This document shows, piece by piece, positions 27,253-37,415 of a DNA stretch of 64,000 nucleotides. The stretch covers positions 56 to 64,055 of the forward strand of contig CAJTMA010000010.1 of assembly GCA_910577205.1 (NCBI GenBank), given 5' to 3'. Position 1 is the first letter of the stretch, and every line of letters begins with the position of its first letter. Position numbers and translations under genes: made by a program. The stretch is from an uncultured Alphaproteobacteria bacterium (GTDB lineage Bacteria; Pseudomonadota; Alphaproteobacteria; RF32; CAG-239). The notes below the pieces were generated by a model. The model saw only the letters and a program-made list of their open reading frames with translations. It ran no database searches and was not told the origin of the DNA.

Positions 27253-28435
27253 AAAAGCGCCTAAATCATTACGTTTGCATATCGCTTTGCTCGGGCGGGT
27301 TAACGCCGGAAAATCAAGCTTTTTGAACTTGATAACCGGGCAAGAGGTTTCCATTACCTCAAGTCTGGCCGGCACAACCACGGATGTTGTTGAAAAAACA
27401 CAGGAGCTTCTGCCGTTAGGGCCGGTTGTCTGGCTGGATACTGCCGGGTATGGAGATACAACCGAACTGGCCGCACAGCGTTTGGCGAAGACCCGCCGGG
27501 TGTTGGAAAAGGCTGACGTTGCGCTGTTAGTCTGCGAAGGCAATAAGCTGGGCGTCGAAGAACAGGAGATTATTGCTGAAGCTGCGGCGCGCAAAATTCC
27601 TTTAATTAAAATTTTTAACAAAGCCGATATTTATCCTGCGGTAGGAGAGGGGATTGCCGTTGTTTCTACGGATAAATCAAGCCGAGATAAGGTGCTGTCA
27701 CAACTGAAAGCGGCTCTTATCCAAGCTGTCCCGGATGATGTGATAAATCCGCCTGCGCTTTTGGGAGATTTGCTGCCGCCGCATGGCACGGCTGTGATGA
27801 TTGTGCCTATAGATTATGAAGCGCCGAAAGGGCGGATTATCTTGCCGCAGGTTCAGGCCATCCGCGACAGCCTTGATCATGACTGTACCGTTATTGTTAC
27901 GAAAGAGAATGATTACTTACGGACTTTGGAAAACCTGAAAAACAAACCGGACTTGGTGATTTGTGATTCGCAGGTTGTCGACAAGATGGTCGCAGAAACG
28001 CCGTCTGACGTAAAATGCACGACTTTTTCCATCTTGTTTGCTCGGTTTAAGGGGGATTTAGCCAAAATGGCAGAGGGCGCAGAGGCTATCCGTCACTTGC
28101 GCGACGGCGATAAAGTTTTGATTGCCGAGTCTTGCACCCACCATGCGGTTGAGGATGATATCGGCCGGGTTAAAATTCCTAATTGGTTAAAAAAGAAAAC
28201 CGGGGCAGACTTACAAATCAGCCATGTTTCCGGCTGTGACTTCCCGCAAAATTTGGCGGAATATAAATTAGTTATACAGTGCGGCGGCTGCATGGTCAAC
28301 CGCCGGGAAATCCTGTCCCGCATTAACAAATGCGAGGCTGCCGGAGTTCCGATAACCAATTACGGGGTCTGCATTTCCGAGCTTAAAGGCGTTCTGAACC
28401 GGATTTTGGAGCCGTTCGGCCTAAATAAGCGTTGA
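27245..28435 (+). CDS. hydF: [FeFe]-hydrogenase maturation GTPase
   Basis: GRVNAGKS, GTTTD, APKGRIILPQ, ESCTHH, QCGGCM. Confidence 0.95.
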   Translation: MAEKAPKSLRLHIALLGRVNAGKSSFLNLITGQEVSITSSLAGTTTDVVEKTQELLPLGPVVWLDTAGYGDTTELAAQRLAKTRRVLEKADVALLVCEGNKLGVEEQEIIAEAAARKIPLIKIFNKADIYPAVGEGIAVVSTDKSSRDKVLSQLKAALIQAVPDDVINPPALLGDLLPPHGTAVMIVPIDYEAPKGRIILPQVQAIRDSLDHDCTVIVTKENDYLRTLENLKNKPDLVICDSQVVDKMVAETPSDVKCTTFSILFARFKGDLAKMAEGAEAIRHLRDGDKVLIAESCTHHAVEDDIGRVKIPNWLKKKTGADLQISHVSGCDFPQNLAEYKLVIQCGGCMVNRREILSRINKCEAAGVPITNYGVCISELKGVLNRILEPFGLNKR

Positions 28436-28501
28436 CTCTGCAAAGAATAGTTATAGAGTATGCCCATAAATTTATTTATTAACTCTATAATTATTTCAAT
28501 T

Positions 28502-29923
28502 ATGTCACTACCCAAGATTAATGTCGACGGTTTGAAGTCATTCATTCCCGAAGATAAAATTTTGCACCTCTTGCAGTGTAAAACAACTGACCGAAAACAA
28601 GTTGAGGATATCATCGCCAAATCATTGGACAAGCAGCGTCTTAATCCTGATGAAATGGCTGTGCTGCTTAATGCGGAAGATCCCGAGCTTGTCGAGCGGA
28701 TTAAAGAAGGTGCTCGCGAACTGAAACGAAAAATCTACGGCAATCGCATTGTTTTGTTTGCCCCGCTTTATGTGGGCAATGACTGTATAAACGATTGCAC
28801 TTATTGTGGATTTCGCCGGTCAAATTTAGAGCTTGTACGCAAAACCCTGGCATTCGATGAACTCGAAAAAGAAGCCCGTTCTTTGGAAGCCCGCGGTCAC
28901 AAGCGCCTGATTATGGTCTATGGCGAACATCCCCGGTATGATGCGGCGTTTATCGCAGAAACGGTGCGCAAGGTCTACGCAGTCAAAGAGGGCAAAGGCG
29001 AAATCCGCCGTGTCAATATCAATGCCGCCCCGCTGGATGTTGAGGGGTTTAAGACTGTAAAAGCCGCCGGAATCGGTACTTACCAGATTTTTCAGGAAAC
29101 CTATCACCGCGAAACCTATCGCTCGGTTCATCCCAGCGGTTTGAAAGCTGATTATCTATGGCGGCTCTTTGCGTTTGACCGCGCGATGGAAGCCGGGATT
29201 GACGATGTCGGCATGGGAGCGCTGATAGGCTTGTATCATCACAAGTTTGAAGCTATGGCGATGCTGTATCACACCATCCATCTGGAGGAGAAATTCGGGG
29301 TCGGTCCGCATACAATTTCTTTTCCGCGGATTGAACCGGCTTTGAACACGGATTATGCCAGCCATCCGCCTTTCGCGCCGAGTGATGAGGAATTCATGAA
29401 AATGATTGCCGTCATTCGTTTGGCCGTCCCTTATACCGGTATGATTCTGACTGCCCGCGAGCCTGTGGCCCTGCGTAATGAAGCCATCAGTTATGGCATC
29501 AGCCAGATTGATGCCGGGTCAGATATCGGAGTCGGCGCTTATGCCGGGGAGGATGAAACCGCCAGCGGCAAAAAAAGCCAGTTTGTCCTGAATGACAATC
29601 GCAGTCTGGATGAAGTTATCGGCGAACTCTGTGATGCTGATTTCCTGCCGTCTTTCTGTACCGGCTGTTATCGGCTTGGTCGAACCGGCGAGCATTTTAT
29701 GGAATTTGCCGTTCCCGGTTTTGTGAAGCGTTTCTGCACGCCGAATGCAATTCTGACCCTGATGGAATATCTGCTTGATTATGCCTCGCAGGAAACCATG
29801 GAAAAAGGGCTTGCGGCAATCAGAAGGGAGCTGCACCGGATGCCCGCGGATAACCCGATGAAGAATCACCTGTCCCAAAAGCTGGATAAAATTGTTGAAG
29901 GGCAACGCGACTTATTTTTCTGA
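28502..29923 (+). CDS. hydG: [FeFe]-hydrogenase maturation radical SAM protein
   Basis: FAPLY, CINDCTYC, FQETYH, GPHTIS, PSFCTGCYR...FCTPNA; start approximate. Confidence 0.95.
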   Translation: MSLPKINVDGLKSFIPEDKILHLLQCKTTDRKQVEDIIAKSLDKQRLNPDEMAVLLNAEDPELVERIKEGARELKRKIYGNRIVLFAPLYVGNDCINDCTYCGFRRSNLELVRKTLAFDELEKEARSLEARGHKRLIMVYGEHPRYDAAFIAETVRKVYAVKEGKGEIRRVNINAAPLDVEGFKTVKAAGIGTYQIFQETYHRETYRSVHPSGLKADYLWRLFAFDRAMEAGIDDVGMGALIGLYHHKFEAMAMLYHTIHLEEKFGVGPHTISFPRIEPALNTDYASHPPFAPSDEEFMKMIAVIRLAVPYTGMILTAREPVALRNEAISYGISQIDAGSDIGVGAYAGEDETASGKKSQFVLNDNRSLDEVIGELCDADFLPSFCTGCYRLGRTGEHFMEFAVPGFVKRFCTPNAILTLMEYLLDYASQETMEKGLAAIRRELHRMPADNPMKNHLSQKLDKIVEGQRDLFF

Positions 29924-29928
29924 TTAAT

Positions 29929-29960
29929 AAAAAACGGCGGCATCAGCTGCCGTTTTTTTT
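29929..29960 (+). terminator. Intrinsic terminator
   Basis: AAAAAACGGCGGC/GCTGCCGTTTTTTTT. Confidence 0.8.
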
Positions 29961-30034
29961 GTTGCATATTTGTCCTCAAAACTTTATAAAAGAGTAGAAA
30001 ATCTATTATTGTTTAACCATTAAATATTACAATT

Positions 30035-30676
30035 ATGAATTTGAATTTACTTCCATGTTATCAAATTGTGTGTAGTGAAGGGCGTTATTACCTCTCCCGT
30101 TGGGATGCCGTCAGCAAAAAGTATGAATGTTTGCAGGAAACGGATGAAATACCGCAAAGTGCGGGAAACTGCATTGTCTTTCATAGCGAGAACCCTTTAC
30201 AGCAGGAGCGAAAACTCTATGGCGTGTGGTGGGTTGACGAGAGAAACGGACGCTGCATCATCGGCAATATGCTTTTTAGCCGCTGGATGTATTGCGAAGG
30301 AAACTTTCTCTGTGCTCATAGGGATGAAAATACCGGCTCAGAACAGTGGGAAATGATTGTTTTCCATGAAAATCGCCAGCGTTTGAACCGTATCAGCTTA
30401 GGCCAAATGATAGGCAGCGAAAAGTATAAATGCTTCGTCAATGACGGAAAGGGCACTAAAAAAATCCTTTCATACTTTCCGCGGGGCTATTGCCAAAGAG
30501 GGTTAAAAGAGCAGGTAGAGGTGGACGAATGCCGCACGACGGCAGATGGGCGCGTATGCTATCGCATCGGCTCGCAAGTTTACAGCTGCGATGAATTTTC
30601 TCTTCCCGACGGCAGTAAGGGCTGGCGTTTTCTGAAAGATTATGATGCCATGGAAAAATGGAACAAACGTAGTTAA
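30035..30676 (+). CDS. Hypothetical protein (Cys/Trp-rich orphan)
   Basis: 213-aa ORF with an AT-rich leader and its own terminator at 30683-30719. Confidence 0.6.
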   Translation: MNLNLLPCYQIVCSEGRYYLSRWDAVSKKYECLQETDEIPQSAGNCIVFHSENPLQQERKLYGVWWVDERNGRCIIGNMLFSRWMYCEGNFLCAHRDENTGSEQWEMIVFHENRQRLNRISLGQMIGSEKYKCFVNDGKGTKKILSYFPRGYCQRGLKEQVEVDECRTTADGRVCYRIGSQVYSCDEFSLPDGSKGWRFLKDYDAMEKWNKRS

Positions 30677-30835
30677 ATGTTTAAACAGGCACAATCACTT
30701 GATGGTGTGCCTGTTTTTTATGCATTGGCAATACAAAACAATGCGGAAATTATACTTTGCTAGCATTTTTTTAATAACTTGCTGCTAAACTTATTTCTAA
30801 TATCTTCATTCGGCAAAACAAGGCTTGATACGACC

Positions 30836-31702
30836 ATGATTAAAATGATTAAACCAATCGTCAATATTTCTAAAGTGATTGAACCGTTTAATACGGTAGT
30901 TGTCGGTTGCAGCGGTGTCTTAACCGAAGGGAACGGCGTCAAGAGTGAAGCCGTGGAAGCCTTAGTCAGCCTGAAAAGAAAAGGAAAACATATTATCCTC
31001 TTGTCCAATACGGCGCGCCGCGTAGAGAGCATGGTCGCCTGGCTGCACGAAAATAAAGTGCCTCTGGCTGTTTTTGATGCGGTTGTTACCGCCGGCGAAA
31101 TATTGCATTATAAATTTAAAGCCCGTCAGGGAGAATTTGCCGCGCTTGGCACAACTTATTACTGTTTGGGCGATTGCCGCGAAATGGGAATGTTTGCCAA
31201 CCTTGGTTATCAGCGGACAGATGATTTGTCCCGTGCTGATTTTATGTATGTGAGCGAGGTCTGCGGCGCAAAGACAATAGATGATTTTCTGCCGTCTTTG
31301 GAACACGCGGCGGGTTTGGGGATTCCGATGGTTTGCGCTGGTAATGACACCTCAACTTACTGTAACGGGGATATTGGCTTAGCACCGGGAGCTTTAGCTG
31401 AACAATATGCTGTTTTGGGCGGCAAGATTATCACAGTCGGCAAGCCGGATGCCAAAATTATAGCCTACGCGTTAGACGGCGTGCCCGGTGTCAAAAAAGA
31501 ATCTGTTGTAGTTATTGGCGACAATATTGCAACCGATATCAAAGGGGCTAACCTTCTGGGTGTTTCATCCATTCTGGTTTCTAAAGGGGTTCACGTTAAT
31601 TTTCTGGGAGAGGGGTATATCCCCGATGTTGCCAAGACCCGCGAGCTGGCAACCAATTTTGACGCTTATCCTGACTTTGTCGTGTCAAACCTGCGGTGGT
31701 AA
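30836..31702 (+). CDS. HAD-superfamily IIA hydrolase-like protein (motif I aspartates absent)
   Basis: LLSN, VGKP, IGDNIATDIKGA; VVGCSGVL replaces DxxGVL. Confidence 0.75.
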   Translation: MIKMIKPIVNISKVIEPFNTVVVGCSGVLTEGNGVKSEAVEALVSLKRKGKHIILLSNTARRVESMVAWLHENKVPLAVFDAVVTAGEILHYKFKARQGEFAALGTTYYCLGDCREMGMFANLGYQRTDDLSRADFMYVSEVCGAKTIDDFLPSLEHAAGLGIPMVCAGNDTSTYCNGDIGLAPGALAEQYAVLGGKIITVGKPDAKIIAYALDGVPGVKKESVVVIGDNIATDIKGANLLGVSSILVSKGVHVNFLGEGYIPDVAKTRELATNFDAYPDFVVSNLRW

Positions 31703-31703
31703 C

Positions 31704-32279
31704 ATGAAACTGACCTTCAAAAAGGCCGTATTGCTTGTGATGCTCTGCTGGGCAGGCATGAAACTTTACGAGCGCCATCAGGCTGAAAATGTCATTGATT
31801 GGAGCGTTATTCCCAATCGGACGGCAGAGGAAATAAATCAAGAAGAATTATTGGCATTTTTGCCGGTTTGGTCTGATTATGTGCAGCATAATATTGGTGA
31901 CGCAAGTTTGGAAAACGACTTGCCGCCTCAGGCAGAAAAGTGGCTGTTGCGCCGCAAATGGCGGCCTAAGCGTTTTTTCTATGTGGAGCAGCGGCTGCGT
32001 GTCATTCTGAAAACACTTGAACAGCATCAAAACAGCCAGCAGATGATAAGCAGTTTAGAGCAACAGCTGGCAGCCTTGCGTGCCCGTCAGACAGAGAGCG
32101 GCCAATACGACCCGCAGGCTGTTTCTTTAGCAAGCAGTATTGAAAATTTGCTTCGCGAGCAGCAGGCGCGGTTGAATGTCGAAAAGGTAAGCCCGCAAGA
32201 ACTGTCACTGGTTGCGCCTTTGCAACCCGTTGTCCGCGAGGCTCTGGAGCTTAAGCCCGAAAGAAACGGGAATGGCTGA
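31704..32279 (+). CDS. Membrane-anchored coiled-coil hypothetical protein
   Basis: ATG right after the HAD stop; N-terminal hydrophobic segment; heptad-rich. Confidence 0.6.
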   Translation: MKLTFKKAVLLVMLCWAGMKLYERHQAENVIDWSVIPNRTAEEINQEELLAFLPVWSDYVQHNIGDASLENDLPPQAEKWLLRRKWRPKRFFYVEQRLRVILKTLEQHQNSQQMISSLEQQLAALRARQTESGQYDPQAVSLASSIENLLREQQARLNVEKVSPQELSLVAPLQPVVREALELKPERNGNG

Positions 32280-33228
32280 CAGGCTGTTGGAACATATTCG
32301 TCAAAACGCTTGTCCGGGGCTTGAACGCGCCAGTTGCAAAAATGATATTTATGATTTTGCCGACGAAATTTCTCCCCTTGCTGCCCAAAATTGGCCATTG
32401 GATTTGTCCGCAGAAGGCTATAAAACATCTTATAGCGATATTTCCCGAACAGTTGTGCAGGCAGGGTTATATTCAGGCATTCTTCTGAAAACCGATATCA
32501 CAAATGATCGTTCGTCATATGAAGCGATAACCGAATGGCAGCTTTTAGATGGCCGTTTGAATGTTAAAATCCACAATCTTTATTGTCGTCAGGGCGGTGG
32601 CGAAAATCCTCCGTTTGCCGGAATTTTCCTCTCTCGCCTTCGAACATTTTTGCGGCAGCAGGATAAAGAAATGCGCACGCCGGCTGAGTGTCGTTATGAT
32701 CCCTCACAAATTGAACTGTCCGCAGTTTCAAACAACGAAGAAATTTCAACGCGCGGCAGTTATGTCTGGGCTTTACAGGGGATGGATTTCCGCTCTGACG
32801 GCGAATTGGCGGAAATGCGCGCTGATTTTCAGAAATTTGCCTCAAAAAACGGCGTTACTTTGGCGACGGCAGATTTGAAATTGTTTAAATATCCTTTTCA
32901 TTTTGCCATGTTTGATTGCGGTGTCAGAGTCAAAGATAAACACAACGGCTCTTCGCCGCTCGGCAAGGCCTTTATGCTGAATAATATTTGGGCAGGAACT
33001 TGGCCGGCGCGCAAAAATAATCCCTTGCCCGAAAAATTCGCTGCCGCATATAATCGTTTAGCGCGAAATCCGCGCCGCCGCCAATTGCTGCAAAAGTTTT
33101 TGGAAGCACCATTCCTGCGGATGCAGCGCCGTTATGCCAACAAATATGCCACGCTGAACCGCCGCCGTTCATTAAGTGTTTATCGGCGTTATGCAGCTTT
33201 AAAACTGAACCGTTTATTGGGCTTCTAA
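32272..33228 (+). CDS. Hypothetical protein, possible divergent GNAT fold with a basic C-terminus
   Basis: IELSA..RGSYVWALQGMDF resembles the G-Y-x-W-A-x-x-G-F motif; Arg-rich tail. Confidence 0.5.
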   Translation: MADRLLEHIRQNACPGLERASCKNDIYDFADEISPLAAQNWPLDLSAEGYKTSYSDISRTVVQAGLYSGILLKTDITNDRSSYEAITEWQLLDGRLNVKIHNLYCRQGGGENPPFAGIFLSRLRTFLRQQDKEMRTPAECRYDPSQIELSAVSNNEEISTRGSYVWALQGMDFRSDGELAEMRADFQKFASKNGVTLATADLKLFKYPFHFAMFDCGVRVKDKHNGSSPLGKAFMLNNIWAGTWPARKNNPLPEKFAAAYNRLARNPRRRQLLQKFLEAPFLRMQRRYANKYATLNRRRSLSVYRRYAALKLNRLLGF

Positions 33229-35028
33229 TTCTTCTTTCAGCAGTTGGATTTCCAGCCACTGATTTTCGCTGTCTTCTTTTTCCTGTTGCGCTTCGTTAAG
33301 GCGGGCGCTTAGGGTATCAAATTTTTCAGGGTCAGACGTGTATAAATCCGGATTGCCGAGTTCGGCTTCAATCATGGTAATTTCAGTTTCCAGTTGTGCG
33401 ATGTTCTGCGGCAGAATTTCCAGCAATCTCTGTTGTTTGTAACTGAGTTTGGCGGTTTTGACTGTTGCCGGTGAAGGTTTATCCTGTGTTTTAACCGCAT
33501 TTTTCTTTTCTTCTTTGGGGGGAGTTTTGTTTTGCAGTTTAGCCAGCAATTCGCTGTAACTTCCCGCATATTCGTTTACGCTTCCATCCCCGGGCATATA
33601 AATGACGGATGTGACGACCCGATCAATAAAATCGCGATCGTGGCTCACCAGCAATACGGTACCGTCATATTCGGATAACACTTCCTGAAGCAGGTCTAAT
33701 GTATCCATATCCAAATCATTGGTAGGCTCGTCCAGTACCAAAAAGTTAGATTGTTTGGCAAGAGCGACAGCCAGCATCAAACGGTTCTTTTCCCCGCCGG
33801 ACAAAGCTGAAACCGGACATTGTGCCTGTTCTGGCTTAAATAAAAAGTCTTTAAGATATGCCACAACATGGCGGTATTGTCCGCGCACCCAGATATGATC
33901 TCCTTCGCCGCAAAGGGTTTTCCATAGTGTTTTTTTCGGGTCAAGGGTCAGTCTGTTCTGGTCAAAATATGCTTCTTCCAGATTTTTCCCTATTCTGACA
34001 AAGCCTGAATCCGGTTCTAATCGTTTTGTCAGCAATTTGATGAGCGTTGTTTTTCCCGCGCCGTTCGAACCGACAATGCCTATTTTGTTACCCTTGATAA
34101 CCCGGATAGAGAAGTCTTTGACAATTTCTCTCTCGCCAAAAGCCTTATAAATATGCTTGGCTTCAATCACCATCTTGGAACGGAATTCGGTATTTTCAAT
34201 TTCCATGTTCACAGAACCGACCTGTTTAATCTGTTCCCTGCGCTCTTGTCTTAGCTGCTGCAACCGGCGCAGGCGACCCATATTGCGTTTGCGCCGTGCC
34301 GTAACGCCTTTGTGCAGCCATTCGGTTTCTTCTTCAATTTTTTTGTTGAGATATTTTTGCTCAATAATTTCCTGATTAATGCATTGATCTTGCCACTCTT
34401 CAAAGAATTTGAACCCTTTGTTATTGCGACGCATTGTCCCGCGGTCAAGCCAAAATGTCGTCTGGGAAACATTGCTCAAAAACATCCTGTCATGGCTGAT
34501 GACGATAACAGCGCCGCGAAAATCTTTGATAATTTTTTCCAGCTTTTCAATAGTTGGCATATCCAGATGGTTTGTCGGCTCGTCCAGTAACAGGATATCC
34601 GGTTCGCCGATAAGCGCTTTGGCCAACGCAGCTTTTTTCCTTTCTCCGCCGGAGCTTTGGTCGGGGGCTTGCGCAGCGCGGATATCCAATTGCTCAATCA
34701 GGATATCTGCTTTAAATTCCTGATGGCGCTCTTCTTCCGCCAAGCCGGATAAAACCACGTCGCGCAGGGTCTGATACCCGCTAAAATCGGGATCTTGCGG
34801 CATATAGGAAATTTTGACACCCGGCTGAATAAAAATATCGCCGTCATCCGCTTCGATAACGCCGGAAATAACCTTAAGCAAAGTTGATTTGCCGCAGCCG
34901 TTACGCCCCACCAGGCAGATTTTGTCACCGCGGTTGATATATAATTCCACGTCTGTAAACAACTGCTTCGTGCCAAAACGCAGCTTGGCACCCTTTATCG
35001 TCATAATGGGAGGTTCAAAATTGCTCAT
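33214..35028 (-). CDS. uup: ABC-F ATPase Uup
   Basis: Two ABC cassettes (GRNGCGKS, GSNGAGKT, LDEPTN), GVTARRKRN linker, C-terminal KLSYK coiled domain. Confidence 0.92.
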   Translation of the reverse strand: MSNFEPPIMTIKGAKLRFGTKQLFTDVELYINRGDKICLVGRNGCGKSTLLKVISGVIEADDGDIFIQPGVKISYMPQDPDFSGYQTLRDVVLSGLAEEERHQEFKADILIEQLDIRAAQAPDQSSGGERKKAALAKALIGEPDILLLDEPTNHLDMPTIEKLEKIIKDFRGAVIVISHDRMFLSNVSQTTFWLDRGTMRRNNKGFKFFEEWQDQCINQEIIEQKYLNKKIEEETEWLHKGVTARRKRNMGRLRRLQQLRQERREQIKQVGSVNMEIENTEFRSKMVIEAKHIYKAFGEREIVKDFSIRVIKGNKIGIVGSNGAGKTTLIKLLTKRLEPDSGFVRIGKNLEEAYFDQNRLTLDPKKTLWKTLCGEGDHIWVRGQYRHVVAYLKDFLFKPEQAQCPVSALSGGEKNRLMLAVALAKQSNFLVLDEPTNDLDMDTLDLLQEVLSEYDGTVLLVSHDRDFIDRVVTSVIYMPGDGSVNEYAGSYSELLAKLQNKTPPKEEKKNAVKTQDKPSPATVKTAKLSYKQQRLLEILPQNIAQLETEITMIEAELGNPDLYTSDPEKFDTLSARLNEAQQEKEDSENQWLEIQLLKEELEAQ

Positions 35029-35037
35029 AATCTTGTG

Positions 35038-35463
35038 TTACAAATCTTCTTCAACCAGCTTAATGCCGTCCAGTTGCCATTCCACGCCTTGAGCTGCCCA
35101 GATAAAGAAATCGTTGGTTTTTTCATCGCTGATTCCCATGCTGCGGCCGATATTATGCAGGCTCTCAACTTCTTTGTCCGTAATTTCATGGTCTGCCAAA
35201 GCCAAAAGAATCATTTCCCGCAAAATATAGCGCTTGGTTCTGGTGCAGTCAATTTGCGGCAGATTTTTAATCAGCTGCTCTTCCGTGCCTTTAGCCAGTG
35301 CTTGTTTTAAGGCCGATTCGGGAAGCCCTAAATCGGCAATCTGCGCCAAGAGGTAATTTTCTTTGGATTTTGGGTCTTTGTCATCAGCGCCGAGAACATA
35401 GGCTAATGCCTGAATATACAGTCTTTTTTCGGCATTGGTTAATTGTTTGCACATATCGGGCAT
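35038..35463 (-). CDS. TerB-like protein
   Basis: LALADHEITDKEVESL..IGRSMGIS; start moved to ATG 35463. Confidence 0.65.
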   Translation of the reverse strand: MPDMCKQLTNAEKRLYIQALAYVLGADDKDPKSKENYLLAQIADLGLPESALKQALAKGTEEQLIKNLPQIDCTRTKRYILREMILLALADHEITDKEVESLHNIGRSMGISDEKTNDFFIWAAQGVEWQLDGIKLVEEDL

Positions 35464-35593
35464 CTGAGGAATTCCTTTCTTATTTAATTTAATAAAGTTA
35501 TACATGAGAAAATAAAGATTTGCAAAAAAAATTAAAAAGTTATATATAATAAGCCGGAGATTGTAGAAACATCTGTATATGTAGGAGCGGTAT

Positions 35594-35989
35594 ATGCCAT
35601 TAAAAATCGAGTTAAAACCCCACGAAAGCATCATTATTGGCGAATCCCTCATCACTAATGACAATGAACGTACCAGATTTTATATCGAAGGAAATGTCCC
35701 CATCCTGCGCGAAAAATTTATTTTGCGCGAGTCGGAAGCGAACACGCCGAGCAAACGGGTTTATTTTATTGTCCAGCAGATGTATTTGGCGAAAGATGCC
35801 TCCCAGCTTCAGAAAATGTATCTGGAATATGTGCGTGATTTGCAAAATGCCGCGCCGAGTCTGATACCGTTTATTGCGGTTGTCAGCGATTGTGTGCTCA
35901 ATAATGACTTCTACGCGGCAATCAAAAGTGCAGATAAATTGGTTAAAAAAGAAGCCGAACTTTTTGGTGAAGCCCTGAATATTGGGTAG
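35594..35989 (+). CDS. flbT: Flagellin translation regulator FlbT
   Basis: MPLKIELKPHE, PILRE, ANTPSKRVYF..QQMY, FYAAIK; adjacent to flagellins. Confidence 0.9.
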   Translation: MPLKIELKPHESIIIGESLITNDNERTRFYIEGNVPILREKFILRESEANTPSKRVYFIVQQMYLAKDASQLQKMYLEYVRDLQNAAPSLIPFIAVVSDCVLNNDFYAAIKSADKLVKKEAELFGEALNIG

Positions 35990-36012
35990 TTGATTGATTT
36001 TTATGTAATAAT

Positions 36013-36037
36013 GGCTGCTTCGGCAGCCTTATTTTTT
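36013..36037 (+). terminator. Terminator after flbT
   Basis: GGCTGC-TTCG-GCAGCC plus a T-run. Confidence 0.75.
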
Positions 36038-36182
36038 ACCCCTTGTTAACGTTTTGTTTAGTTAGTTAGCTTAGAATACAAATTAGGCATTGCCAAGGTG
36101 TCTAAAATATGATATATTACACAATGTACCGCCAGTATGGGGTATAATGTAACTAACATTCCACAGTATGAGGAGAAAAAAC

Positions 36183-37280
36183 ATGTCAGATATTTCTTTA
36201 ACTGCAAGTATGCGTTCTAACCTGCTTTCCTTGCAGAACACACAGAGCTTAATGGATACCACACAGGAAAGACTGTCTACCGGTAAAAAGGTAAACAGTG
36301 CTCTGGATAACCCGTCTTCTTACTATACAGCTCAGTCTTTGAACAACCGTGCCAGCGACTTAAGCGCTTTGCTTGACTCTATGGGCCAAGGTGTTCAGAC
36401 CATTAAAGCTGCCGATGAAGCCATCACTTCTATTACTTCTTTCGTTCAGCAGGCTAAGGCTGTTGCCAATACTGCTCGCGATGAAGCTAATAAAGAAATT
36501 GTTTCTTCTGGCACTTATGACAAAACTGCAGTAGCTGCTGGTGACGTTAAAGGTACAATTACCATTGACGGTAAAACACAGGATTTGTCAGTTACCTTAA
36601 CTGATAATGCAGAAGGTGCTGATGCTGCTACGGCAATCCAAGATGCTATTCAGAAAGTTGCCGGCGCAGAAGATGTTACCGTTGAATTCGCTGATGGTGC
36701 ATTTACTGTAAAATCTCCGGCTGGTGCTGAAGTTAAGGTTGATATTGAAGTTGGCGGCGCTAAAATCAGCGGTACAGCTGGTAATGCTAACCGTACCAAA
36801 GCATTGCAGCAGTATAATGATATCCTGAGCCAGATTGACCAGTTGGCTAAAGATGCTGGTTACAAAGGCGTTAACCTGTTGCAGGAAAATGATTTGACGG
36901 TTATCTTCAATGAAGATCGTTCTTCTTCTATCACCATCAAAGGTGTAGATGCTTCTTCTAAAGGTCTGGGACTTGAAGCTGCTACTGATTGGGGTACCAA
37001 CGATAATATTGGCGCTTCTATTTCTCAAGTAGAATCTGCCATTACCACCCTGCGCGGTATGTCTTCTGAATTCGGTAACAACTACTCAGTCGTTCAAACC
37101 CGTGAAGACTTCACTGAAAACCTGATTAACGTTCTGACCGAAGGTGCTGACAAGCTGACATTGGCTGATATGAACGAAGAGTCTGCTAATATGCTTGCTC
37201 TGCAAACCAGACAGCAGTTGGCTATTAACTCTCTGTCTTTGGCATCTCAGGCTGCTCAGTCGGTTCTGAAGTTGTTCTAA
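36183..37280 (+). CDS. Flagellin (alphaproteobacterial type) 1
   Basis: LTASMRSNLLSLQ, RLSTGKKVNSALDN, YKGVNLL, ADMNEESANMLALQTRQQL. Confidence 0.93.
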   Translation: MSDISLTASMRSNLLSLQNTQSLMDTTQERLSTGKKVNSALDNPSSYYTAQSLNNRASDLSALLDSMGQGVQTIKAADEAITSITSFVQQAKAVANTARDEANKEIVSSGTYDKTAVAAGDVKGTITIDGKTQDLSVTLTDNAEGADAATAIQDAIQKVAGAEDVTVEFADGAFTVKSPAGAEVKVDIEVGGAKISGTAGNANRTKALQQYNDILSQIDQLAKDAGYKGVNLLQENDLTVIFNEDRSSSITIKGVDASSKGLGLEAATDWGTNDNIGASISQVESAITTLRGMSSEFGNNYSVVQTREDFTENLINVLTEGADKLTLADMNEESANMLALQTRQQLAINSLSLASQAAQSVLKLF

Positions 37281-37294
37281 TACGGACAAAATAT

Positions 37295-37324
37295 TGCAGG
37301 CCGGTACTTTCCCGGCCTGCATTT
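37295..37324 (+). terminator. Terminator
   Basis: TGCAGGCCGG/CCGGCCTGCA. Confidence 0.7.
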
Positions 37325-37415
37325 CAGTATTTTATAAAAGTTTCACAAGTAATATTGATATATGGAAACAGGCAAGTAAAGCCTGACAAATCTTCACAGA
37401 AAGCGGAGAAAATTA

